Origin: Octopus sinensis
Lineage: Eukaryota
Assembly (NCBI RefSeq): GCF_006345805.1
Contig: NC_043004.1
Coordinates: forward strand, 28,830,001 to 28,894,000
Direction: 5' to 3'
Length of the DNA: 64,000 nucleotides
Notes under the pieces: generated by a model
What the model saw: the letters and a program-made list of their open reading frames with translations, nothing else
Told to the model about the DNA's origin: nothing
Databases searched by the model: none
Position numbers and translations under genes: made by a program
In this document: piece after piece, positions 53,508 to 64,000 of the stretch
Position numbering within the stretch: position 1 is the stretch's first letter
Layout of the letters: the number at the start of each line of letters is the position of its first letter

Positions 53508-54655
53508 CATCATCATCATTTAGCGTCCGTTTTCCATGCTAGCATGGGTTGGACGGTTCTACTGGGGTCTGTGAAGCCAGAAGGCTTCATCAGGCCCAGT
53601 CAAATCTGGCAGTGTTTCTACGGCTGGATGCCCTTCCTAACGCCAACCACTCCGTGAGTGTAGTGGGTGCTTTTTACGTGCCACCCGCACTGGTGCCAGA
53701 CAGAGCTGGCAAACGGCCACGAACGGATGGTGCTTTTTATGTGCCACCGGCACGAGGGCCAGGCGAGGCTGACAACGGACACGAAACGGGGCGGTGCTGG
53801 CAACGGTCGCGAAACGGAAAGTTCTCTTACATGCCACCGGCACTGGTAACACATCTGCAATTTCCATTGATCGATTTCGATTCTGATCCTCACTTGCCTC
53901 AATGGGTCTTCACAAGCAGAGTTTCGACATGCCACCGGCACTGGTAGCACATCCGCAATTTCCATTGATCGATTTCGATTCTGATCCTCACTTGCCTCAA
54001 CACGTCTTCACAAGTAGAGTTTTGTGTCCCAAGAAGGGAAGGTATGCATACGTAGGCTGGCTCCATCCCATGTAGAAGGCCACGGGTTGTGGACTCACTT
54101 GTCCTGCCGGGTCTTCTCGCGCACAGCACACTTCCAGAGGTCTCGGTCTCTAGTCATTTCCTCAGTGAGACCTAAAGTTCGAAGGTCGTGCTTCACCACC
54201 TCGTCCCAGGTTTTCCTGGGTCTGTCTCTTCCACAGGTTCCCTCAACCGCTAGGGTGTGGCACTTTTTCACACAACTATCTTCATCCATTCTCGCCACAT
54301 GACCATACCAGCGCAAACGTCTCTCTTGCACACCACAACTGATGCTTCTTAGGTCCAGCTTTTCTCTCAAGGTACTTACACTCTGCCGAGTGTGAGTACC
54401 AGCATTACACATCCATCGGAGCATACTGGCTTCATTTCTAGCGAGCTTACGCATATCCTCAGCAGTCACGGCCCATGTTTCACTGCCATGTAGCATGGCT
54501 GTTCGTACACACGCATCATGCAGTCTGCCTTTCACTCTGTGCGAGAGGCCTTTTGTCACCAGCAGAGGTAAGAGCTCTCTGAACTTTGCCCAAGCTATTC
54601 TTACTCTAGCAGTTACACTTTCAGCACACCCACCCCCGCTGCTGACTTGGTCACC
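53508..54655 (-). mobile_element. Young 5'-truncated RTE LINE with open C-terminal ORF (54559-54095), ~590-bp 3' UTR and (GAT)n tail
   Basis: KGLSHRVKGRLHDACVRTAMLHGSETWAV...LRWYGHVARMDED...RPRKTWDEVV; CpGs intact; inserted in a TA tract. Confidence 0.95.
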
Positions 54656-54669
54656 TATAAATATATGTA

Positions 54670-54713
<44 letters not shown>

Positions 54714-54798
54714 TATATGTATATATATATATATATATATATTAAATATATATATATATAAATAAATAATATATATATATATATATGTATGTATATAT

Positions 54799-54847
<49 letters not shown>

Positions 54848-54994
54848 TTATATATAATATATATATATATAAATAAATAAATATATATATAAATAAATAA
54901 ATATATATATATATATAAAAATAAATATATATATATATAAATAAATAAATATATATATAAATATATAAATAAATAAATATATATATAAATATAT

Positions 54995-55639
54995 ACTCTT
55001 TTTCTCTTTTACTTGTTTCAGTCATTTGACTGCGGCCATGCTGGAGCACCGCCTTTAGTCGAGCAAATCGACCCCGGGACTTATTCTTTGTAAGCCCAGT
55101 ACTAAGTGACGGGGACGTAAGCACACCAGCATCGGTTGTCAAGCACAGACACACAAACACACACACATATATATATATATACATATATATACGACAGGCT
55201 TCTTTCAGTTTCCGTCTACCAAATCCACTCACAAGGCATTGGTCGGCCCGGTGCTATAGCAGAAGACACTTGCCCAAGATGCCACGCAGTGGGACTGAAC
55301 CATGTGGTTGGTTAGTAAGCTACTTACCACACAGCCACTCCTGCGCCTATATATAAATATATATATATAAATATATATGTATAAATATATATGTATATAT
55401 ATATAAATATATACTCTTTACTCTTTTTACTTGTTTCAGTCATTTGACTGCGGCCATACTGGAGCACCGCCTTTAATCGAGTAACTCGACCCCGGGACTT
55501 ATTCTTTTGTAAGCCCAGTACTTATTCTATCGGTCTCTTTTGCCGAATCGCTGAGTAACGGGGATATAAACACACCAGCTATGTGTCAAGCAATGCTAGG
55601 GGACAAACACAGACACACAAACACACACACGCGTATATA

Positions 55640-55714
<75 letters not shown>

Positions 55715-55828
55715 CATATATACGACGGACTTCTTTCAGTTTCCGTCTACCAAATCCACTCGCAAGGCTTTGGTCGGCCCGGGGCTATAGTAGAAGACAC
55801 TTGCCCAAGGTGCCACGTAGTGGAACTA
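54995..55828 (-). mobile_element. Two tandem tRNA-derived SINEs (54995-55330; 55413-55828, head truncated)
   Basis: TACTTGTTTCAGTCATTTGACTGCGGCCATxCTGGAGCACCGCCTTTA tails plus shared bodies. Confidence 0.9.
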
Positions 55829-55829
55829 T

Positions 55830-55988
55830 ATATATATAAATAGTACCATTATATATATATAAATAGTATCATTATATATATATAAATAGTATCAATATAT
55901 ATATATATATAAATAGTATATTATATATATAATATATATATATATAAATAGTACCATTATATATATATATATATATATAAATAGTACC

Positions 55989-56062
<74 letters not shown>

Positions 56063-56145
56063 CATTATATATATATATATATATTATATAAATAGTATCA
56101 TTATATATATATATAAATAGTATCATATATATATATAAATAGAAT

Positions 56146-56181
<36 letters not shown>

Positions 56182-56255
56182 TACCATTATATATATATAT
56201 ATATATAAATAGTACCATTATATATATTATATATATATATATATATAATAGTACC

Positions 56256-56299
<44 letters not shown>

Positions 56300-56302
56300 C
56301 AT

Positions 56303-56334
<32 letters not shown>

Positions 56335-56420
56335 CATTATTATATATATATATAAATAGTATCATTATATATATATAAATAGTACATTATATATATATAT
56401 ATATAAATAGTATCATTATA
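55830..56420. repeat. Variable-length minisatellite: AAATAGTA(C/T)CAT cores in (TA)n
   Basis: Core recurs many times, separated by TA runs of differing length. Confidence 0.9.
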
Positions 56421-56674
56421 TATATATATATAATATGTATGTGGGAAATATAGCAGCTAAAAGAACTTTCTAACTGTGGTAGGAGTTCATTTTATTCCGT
56501 AAAGCCGTCATGATGTCGTTATTATGTCAGTTCAATTTATGGCAGAGTCACAACCCGTTCGCAAGATACACGTTTCGAAGCGTGATTTAAGGAAAGGATT
56601 TACGGAGGGTAAATAAATTCTGTCGATTCCCTATCATTACGCGAGGCACACATATTTTCATATTAAGGTTGTTT

Positions 56675-56755
56675 ACTTCCGGTTCAAATAAAACCAGTCA
56701 AATGTAAATTGTACAATATATGACAAAATAAAAAAAAAATGAGAAAGCCGTGGGA
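56675..56755 (+). promoter_or_regulatory. Candidate promoter and first exon (ETS site, ATG, donor)
   Basis: ACTTCCGG at 56675-56682 in a CpG-rich unique island; ATG AGA AAG CCG TGG GA|GTAAGA at 56739-56761. Confidence 0.3.
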
Positions 56756-56996
56756 GTAAGAACCCGTTATAGCCTCGTTAAAACAAACCTCTCTTTGTTC
56801 AAAATGTAATGATATATATACGCCATCTAACGCAGAATACTTGAGAAGGAAGAACAGATAGATCGACACATACATAGACAGATAAAGAGATTTAAACAGA
56901 CAGATAGCTAGACAGACAGACAGACAGACAGATAGCTAGACAGACAGACAGACAGACAGAGACAGATAGATAGATAGATAGACAGACAGACATAAG

Positions 56997-59900
56997 TTTC
57001 TTTATTAGCCACACAGGGCCGAACACAGAGGGGACAAAATACAATGTAGAGCTTTTCTTTTTGAAAATAGGAAGAAAGGAGAAAAATAAAATTCCGATCA
57101 AAAGGGATCATGAGAAAAGAAAAAGATCAAAAGGGATCGTATATCACAGAAAAAATTTAAAAGGCCACGGTAACCTCAGGCAGGGAGGGAATAAACACGA
57201 GAGCAAAGTGCTCTCTCTCTCTCTCTCTCTTCAATATACAGGATCATTCTCAAAGTGGTTTTATCACTCGCACTAACCATCTTTGCAACACTTACCCACC
57301 TTTTATTGAAACTTTCACGAGACAAAACTTGCCTCTCTATTCTCACCTTCCTTTTCAAGTGGTACTTGAAAAAGTTGATGAGCGACTGGCCAGAGAGGTA
57401 AGTATTTATCTTGAGTCCACCACACACATTCTTTCACCATAGCCACGAGTACGATGAAGACTGCCTTGCCTTCCCAGTTAAAGGAAGGTAGCGGAGTAAT
57501 TCTCATGATAGACTCAGCCGACAGGTGGACTCGTCCCATATGTAACAGCAGCCATTCAGCATAAGCCCACTGGTCTGAAATTGTTGACACTACACGAGTG
57601 CGTGCAGAATGGTTTCACCGCTCTGACAGCATCTCGAGCAAGTCAGTCCGGTGTGTCTCAAACCGTGCCTGTAGAGCTTATCCCGAATGGGTAATGCACT
57701 GCCAGGCCAGGGATCTCTGGCGATTGTCCATAAGGTCCCGGCCCGAAAGTTGTCCTGAACAGGCAGGTCAGGTGTTCCTTGTAGGCGTCCATATTCTGTC
57801 CAAAAACATCATCGCACCTCCCCTCCACTAATCCTCTATAGAATGCCTTTGTGAAATTGAAGTCGCACAAGTTTGGTCCTGGACGGCAGAGTTGCTTGAG
57901 AGCAAGGCGAAACATGCAGTGCCACTCACCTAGACTTGGTATCTGGTCCACGACTGCAGTTCAGCCAAAGAGATGAGCTGCGGGAAAGCGCACTGCACAA
58001 ACGGTGACCACACTTGTTCACCGTCGTCTTTGAAGCACTAGAAGTCGCAATCACAGCGCATGATTGCACATCACCAGCCACAGCATGCTATACCTCCATT
58101 TAGCGGGTGTTGACAGCAAATGGATCGCCTAACCATCAAAACGCTTCGCTTCCACAAAAGCGCAAGAGTATGCATTCCAGTTTGGTTATGGTAGGGTTGG
58201 GACAAGGCACGACGGTCAGACAGTAATCAATAACAGATGCAATGTACGTATTCGCCACCTCCACCCGACCTTTTAGGGATAGCTTCCTCTCAGCCCATTG
58301 CTGGGTGAGAGTGGCCACTCTAGTCGTCATCTCACCCCAGTTCTTCTTCATTTGGAGTTCTAGATCGAACCAGACTCCTAACAATTTAACCAGTTCGTCT
58401 GTCCAGCATCCCGCGATGGAGACGCTGTTGGACAGAAAGGGCTTGCTTCCCCAGGTGCTGAGCCGCAGGCCCACTGACTTTTCCCGGTTAATTTTTGCTA
58501 TTGTTACCACTTCATATTCTTTTAGTGTCTCACCAACCAGGTTGATATGCAAGCTTCCGCAGTCAAGAGTCAATACATACTGAAGCAACAAGAGGGGGCA
58601 TCCTTGACAAACCGAATGCATGATGCTAAATGGTCTGGACAGATGACCATTTACGAGAACTACTGAGCAGATGCTGCTGTATAAGGCAGCGATCCAACTG
58701 TGGTAGATGGGACCGAAACCAACCGCTCTAAGGACAGCCTGCAAGTAGTGATGGTCTACCCTATGGAAAGCTTTTGATTGATCCAAATCGATCAGCACTC
58801 CATCCATGCCAGGTTCCTTAACTACCCTGTCTAGGATGTAGCGCATCAGATGGAGGTTGTCATAGGTACTCCTATTCGGCAGGGTGCTCGTTTGCACCCC
58901 TGTTCATCTGTGTGGGGCCTAAAGGTGGCTTTGTTGCCTCGTTGCGCCTTCACCACTCAGGCCTCTCAGGCAGCTCCATCTCCTTCATTCCTCAGAGCAC
59001 GCATCCTAGCTCTGACAATGCATCCTTTGTGAAGTGTTGGTCGAGGGCCAACCTCACTGCCAGTACGTTGGATGTGATGCCAGTTCTAAGTGCCTCTTCT
59101 AATTTCTTAACTCGGTCTCCCTCTATTCTATTTCAGTCTAATGCTAAGGCCTTACTGCACCTAACCAAGTCTGCTTTAATTACTTTCTTTAGGGCATACT
59201 ACCATCTATTGTTTACGATGGCACCCGTCAATGCTCTCTTAGCTAATGTGCTAATCCGGTCCCTGTAAGCATGGCATGCCGTGAACGACATGTTCAGCTT
59301 CCAGTAACTGGGACCCTACCTATGTGTCTTATCTAAGTCAAGTGTGCAGGTCACAAATTTGTGTGGCTGAATATATGGAATTGTGGACAACCTACACTAT
59401 CCTTATCCACTGTCCTACAGAATACTCTATCTAAATACGATCTGGACAACCCAATGCGGTTGCTCCATGTACACATTGGTACATTCAGGTGGTCCAGTTG
59501 GTACCTGTCAGACAGTTGGAAACATCTGAGCAGGTCGTTGAAGCATTTACATCTCCTCCTCTTACTATCTCCGCCCACGTAGTCTAGATGTGTGTCCAGG
59601 GTAACGTTCCAATCCCCCACTAAAAGTAAAGGTTGAGAAGTTCCCAGGAAAACCTCTAGATGTTGAAAGAAATCTGGCCGACCTGTTAAGGACGGTGCAT
59701 AAACTGTTATGTTATCAGTTGAAAAGCACACCCATTACTGTCATCGACATCTAAGACGGCCAGCCTACCCTCTGGATCTAGGAAAATTGCTCTTTCTTTG
59801 AGGTCCAGACTCTTCCGAAGAAGCACCATGGTGCCACCTTCGCCCATTCTCAGCAGAAACAGAGAAAAATAAATGTCGAAAAGTCTGCCGAACATGTGCT

Positions 59901-60650
59901 GGAGGGTCCACAGGCTGTGGAGTCTGGTCTTGCTGATGGCTATGATATGCAGATTCTGTGACTTGATGGTCATTTAACATGTAGCCTTGTATCCAAGGCA
60001 ACCCCAAATACATTTATACTGCCTATTTTGAGCATGTTCCTATCAAAAGTTGTGTTTTACACATGAAAGGGAGAGGAAAGCGAATGAGAGAGAGAGAGAG
60101 AGAGAGTCACTTATGGTCTGAAAGTTGTCTGTCCTTCACCTCACAGTCTTCTCCCAGGAGCTTTCTGTATAGATTTTTAAACAGGTATTTTTGAAATCTC
60201 CCTACTGCATCCGGATAGAGAGATTTCAGTGAGCTGTGTGAGTTCTGTTATGTGAATGATTTTAATGTGTTGTGGTGATGCTGTGCATAGGTGATACTCT
60301 GTTTTGGTATCATTTTCTGTTATGTTGGTGTTTGACCTAATGTTTTCTATTAGGTCTGGATTGTTGGTGTTTATAGTTGTGAACATTGGAGGTTTTGGTG
60401 TTAGTGTGTTGATGCTTTTGTTTTCTGCAGGTGTTTTGGTTTTGGGAGTGGTAAACCTCCCTGTTTTGTTTTGTCTGCTTCTCTATCCCCCCCCCTTTTT
60501 TTTTGTCCTTCCCCCTGTAGCCAATTGCCAATCCTCTATGTCATCATCATCTGAGGACATGTAGGAGGAATCAGTAGGTGGGAGAAGAAGGGTATTGGGG
60601 TCTATTTCTGAATGTTTTCATTTTGTTGTTGACAGTTGGGATGTGGTGTA
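56997..60650 (-). mobile_element. Tx1/L1-clade LINE, 5'-truncated and internally deleted: ORF1 tail, APE endonuclease, RT, C-terminal knuckle, 3' UTR
   Basis: EN: IIAISKTRL...IFLDPEGRLAVLD...LLLVGDWNVTLD...SRSYLDRVF. RT: DNLHLMRY...LIDLDQSKAFHRVDH...SVCQGCPL...KINREKS...VKLLGVWF. ORF1 tail SDDDDIEDWQLATGGRTKKK. Confidence 0.95.
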
Positions 60651-60713
60651 GACAGATTGATGGACAAACAGATCAATAGATGGACAAATAGACAGTCAGA
60701 TTGATGGACAAAC

Positions 60714-60757
<44 letters not shown>

Positions 60758-60932
60758 TGAGTCACCCCATAAATAATGCAGTTTTTTCACTTGCATGAAT
60801 TAAAAGTCAGAGGTGGACAGGATAAACTACCTGCATCAACTTGCTATAAAAGCAGTTAGTAATTTTACCTTGGTCTTAGAGCACCTTTTGAAGAGTGCAG
60901 TTCAACTGTAACAGTTACTTTTTCAAAGCTAT

Positions 60933-61389
60933 CATCATCATCATCATTGTTCGACCGTGGTCGAGACAATGGAATTTACTATGTTACGCCAGACTTCACG
61001 GTCCATCATAGCATTACGGAGGTCCTGTTTCTGGATGCCTGTATCCCTGGAGATTACATCAGGGTAGGAGAGTGTGCGCCCTCTGGTATTGCGAGTAGAT
61101 GGCTTCCAGAGGAGAAGACTAGAAATTACTTCTTTTTCAGCTCTACAACAATGTCCAGCAAACTGGACTCTCCTACCTTTCACAAGAGATGACACAGGTG
61201 GTAGTTTCCCATATATTTGCATTTTGGTTGGATGGCGCTTCCACGAGAGATTTTGAGCTCTCATAAGGAGGCGAGTGTAGGTTCCATCCAACCGCCTCTC
61301 AAGCTTCTTTGATAACGTCCAGGTTTCTGAGCCATATAGTAGAATTGGTTCGACTGTGGCTTTGAATATTTCAAATTTGAAGTCTCTAC
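60933..61389 (-). mobile_element. Young 5'-truncated RTE LINE (second family) with 11-bp TSD
   Basis: Open frame FKATVEPILLYGSETWTLSKKLERRLDGTYTRLL...RRVQFAGHC...DREVWR; (GAT)n tail; TTCAAAGCTAT at 60922-60932 and 61390-61400. Confidence 0.95.
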
Positions 61390-61390
61390 T

Positions 61391-61971
61391 TCAAAGCTAT
61401 AATGGAAGTGACAAAAGAGCATATTCGGCATATTTTCCTTGGTCTTATTCTTAGAGCATGTTTTGAAGAGTGCAGTTCAATTGTAACAGTTACTTTTTCA
61501 AAGCTATAATGGAAGTGACAAAAGAGCATATTTGGCATATTTTCCTTGGTCTTATTCTTAGAGCATGTTTTGAAGAGTGCAGTTCAATTGTAACAGTTAC
61601 TTTTTCAAAGCTATAATGGAAGTGACAAAAGAGCATATTTGGCATATTTTCCTTGGTCTTATTCTTAGAGCATGTTTTGAAGAGTGCAGTTCAATTGTAA
61701 CAGTTACTTTTTCAAAGCTATAATGGAAGTGACAAAAGAGCATATTTGGCATATTTTCCTTGGTCTTATTCTTAGAGCATGTTTTGAAGAGTGCAGTTCA
61801 ATTGTAACAGTTACTTTTTCAAAGCTATAATGGAAGTGACAAAAGAGCATATTTGGCATATTTTCCTTGGTCTTATTCTTAGAGCATGTTTTGAAGAGTG
61901 CAGTTCAATTGTAACAGTTATTTTTTCAAAGCTATAATGGAAGTGACAAAAGAGCATATTCGGCATATTTT
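61391..61971. repeat. 107-bp tandem array, about 5.4 near-identical copies, plus a diverged partial copy at 60865-60932
   Basis: AAGCTATAATGG anchor at 61394, 61501, 61608, 61715, 61822 and 61929. Confidence 0.97.
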
Positions 61972-61992
61972 GCTTTATGAGTTTCAATACAG

Positions 61993-62087
61993 ACAACAAC
62001 ACAACAGAAGGTGTGAGGAATATTAATCCAGTATATGGGGAACAGACAATAAGCACAAATCAGTTTCCAAGCCAGAAAGAGTTTTAA
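61993..62087 (+). CDS. Candidate terminal coding exon with NPxY motif
   Basis: Acceptor TTTCAATACAG|; phase 1 reads xNNTTEGVRNINPVYGEQTISTNQFPSQKEF*, followed by AT-rich UTR-like sequence. No upstream exons identified. Confidence 0.25.
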
Positions 62088-63158
62088 CATATTACAAGTT
62101 TTGTAGAAGTAACCAGATTATTATTCATATATTATGGAAGGGAGAACTCTGCAAATAAGTAAAAGTTAAATAATAACAGAGCAAGTATTAAGTATTGCTC
62201 ACAATAAAATAATATTATTTAAAATTAAATTACTATAAATAGTATATATTCAAATTTTATTAATTCTCTCAGAATTAACAAAATGATATTGTTGTAATAA
62301 GCATACAAGTAATAAACTATACCATACTACAATAATTATTTTGATTATTAAATTTATTTATTAGATCAAATAAAACTATCTATTATTATCATCATTATTA
62401 TAATTATCAATTAATTAATAAATAAACTCAATGTATTTATACATATATTCATTTAGTATAATGAAGACTAGAGACAAACTATGTATGGATAAATTATACC
62501 ATATATTAACATCTAAGAAGAAATTGCTTAATGAAAGACATGAGAGTGTATTACCTTGTACACATTATTCTAAATATATATTCAGAAAATTTTATTAAGT
62601 GTCTATGGTTACATACAGGTACTAATGTACCTGTATGTAACCATTTACATGTATATATGAATAATCATTTATTTGTGTGTGCGTGTGTGTTTATAAAGGT
62701 ATCTGGGAAATGCATAACTGCTGTCATTCACAGAAAAACTATTGTTTTACCATGAGAAGCATTGCTGAAGTGTTAAGTGAAATTTGGCAATAGAGGATCG
62801 AATCCATGCTATGCCTGCATGAAGCCACTACAAATATGTTGTGGAAAAAAACATTTCTCTACTGTCATGGCAAAAGTATAACTGTAAAAATGCAGAATTA
62901 TCGGAGTAATGGGCATTCAAAAAAGTATGTATGTATAGAAATGTATGAATGAAATCTTTAGATTCAAATCAAGGAACTGCAATAAGAATGCTTAGCACTT
63001 CAAAACTGAGTCATGAAATGCAGAATTAGGTCGGCTGATTGTGACAATATTGATCACTTCACTAAAACCTGCAGGTGGTATATGTTATTTCCCTTGGGTT
63101 GTTTAAATAAAATATTAGTAATATGTAGTAGATAGAAGGATCCATTAGAGTGGGCCAT

Positions 63159-63229
63159 GAGCATATGGTGTAGTGGTTAAGAGCTCGGGCTACTAACCCC
63201 AAGATTCCAAGTTCGATTCCAGGAAGTGA

Positions 63230-63264
<35 letters not shown>

Positions 63265-63922
63265 TCGAAAAATACCTTAGGAATGAGAACCCAGGTTCGA
63301 AATTTCCCCAAGATACCTGATGAAAGCTGGAGGGTATACCAGCCAAAACGTTGTTGTTAACAACAAACAAGATGAGGACAAATATCAGTCAAAAAAAAAA
63401 TAATGTACATAATTCTTCATCTCTTAAATACAGAACTGTATTATGATTTGTAAAATAAATATAAGTGCAATTCTATATTTAAGAGAAGGAACTATGTACA
63501 TTATTTACATTTGATGGATATTTGTCCTTATCTTTGTTGTTAATACAATGTTTCAGCTGATATACCCTCGAGCCTTCATTAGGTGTCTTGAGGACATTTT
63601 GAACCTGGGTTCTCATTCTTAAGGTATTTTTCCATGTTATTATTATTATAAGCCCTAAAATTCACTCCATAACTGCTCGCGGGCATACAGTGTAATGGTT
63701 AAGAGTATGGGCTACTAACTCCAAGATTCAGAGTTCTATTCCAACAGTGACTTGAATAATAAATAATAATAATAATAATATCAAAAAATACCTTAGGAAT
63801 GAGAACTCAGGTTTGAAATTTTCCCAAGACACCTGATGAAGGCTGGAGGGTATATCAGCCAAAACATTGTGTTAACAACAAGCAATATGAGGACAAATAT
63901 CTGTCAAATGTAAATAATGTAA
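63159..63922. mobile_element. Three copies of a tRNA-headed SINE-like repeat with hammerhead-ribozyme-like tail (63159-63440 +; 63480-63650 -, headless; 63681-63922 +)
   Basis: A-box TGGTGTAGTGG, B-box GTTCGATTCC, (AAT)n, then GACAC-CTGATGA-A-GGCTG-loop-CAGCC-(G/A)AAA-C(G/A)TT-GTGTT. Confidence 0.85.
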
Positions 63923-63939
63923 GTATAAGTGATACAGGT

Positions 63940-64000
63940 GGAGGCGCAATGACCCAGTAGTTAGGGCAGCGGACTCGCGGTCAGAGGATCTGTTCTTACT
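63940..64000 (+). mobile_element. 5' head of the 52.7-kb SINE family
   Basis: GGAGGCGCAATGACCCAGTAGTTAGGGCAGCGGACTCGCGGTC. Confidence 0.8.

Noticed and set aside
61391-61971. Regularly spaced repeats as a CRISPR array (also the 36-bp array)
   Set aside because: Units are contiguous with no unique spacers, there are no cas genes, and the context is eukaryotic.

Overview
Repeat-dominated, AT-rich animal genomic DNA. The tRNA-derived SINE families, (GAT)n-tailed RTE LINEs and extreme (TA)n/(CA)n load point to an octopus or other cephalopod (inference from repeat families, not a database match). Most ORFs in the supplied track are artefacts of microsatellites. What can be supported is mobile DNA: mariner (DD34D-type) and maT-type Tc1/mariner relics, piggyBac- and Merlin-like MITEs, a foldback element, Helitrons (one with a RepHel helicase C-terminus), LINE fragments of the RTE, CR1/L2-like, Tx1/L1, R4/Dong-like and Penelope groups, many SINEs, and 36-, ~54- and 107-bp tandem arrays. 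No host gene can be named; there are only low-confidence exon and promoter candidates. No rRNA, true tRNA gene or CRISPR array was seen. The most interesting signals are two. First, a tRNA-headed SINE-like repeat (three copies at 63.2-63.9 kb) whose combined consensus folds as a minimal Penelope-type hammerhead ribozyme, with further decayed hammerhead motifs at 26.9, 41.4 and 48.3 kb. Second, Tx1-clade LINE copies sitting inside (GAYR)n tetranucleotide tracts, suggesting microsatellite targeting.
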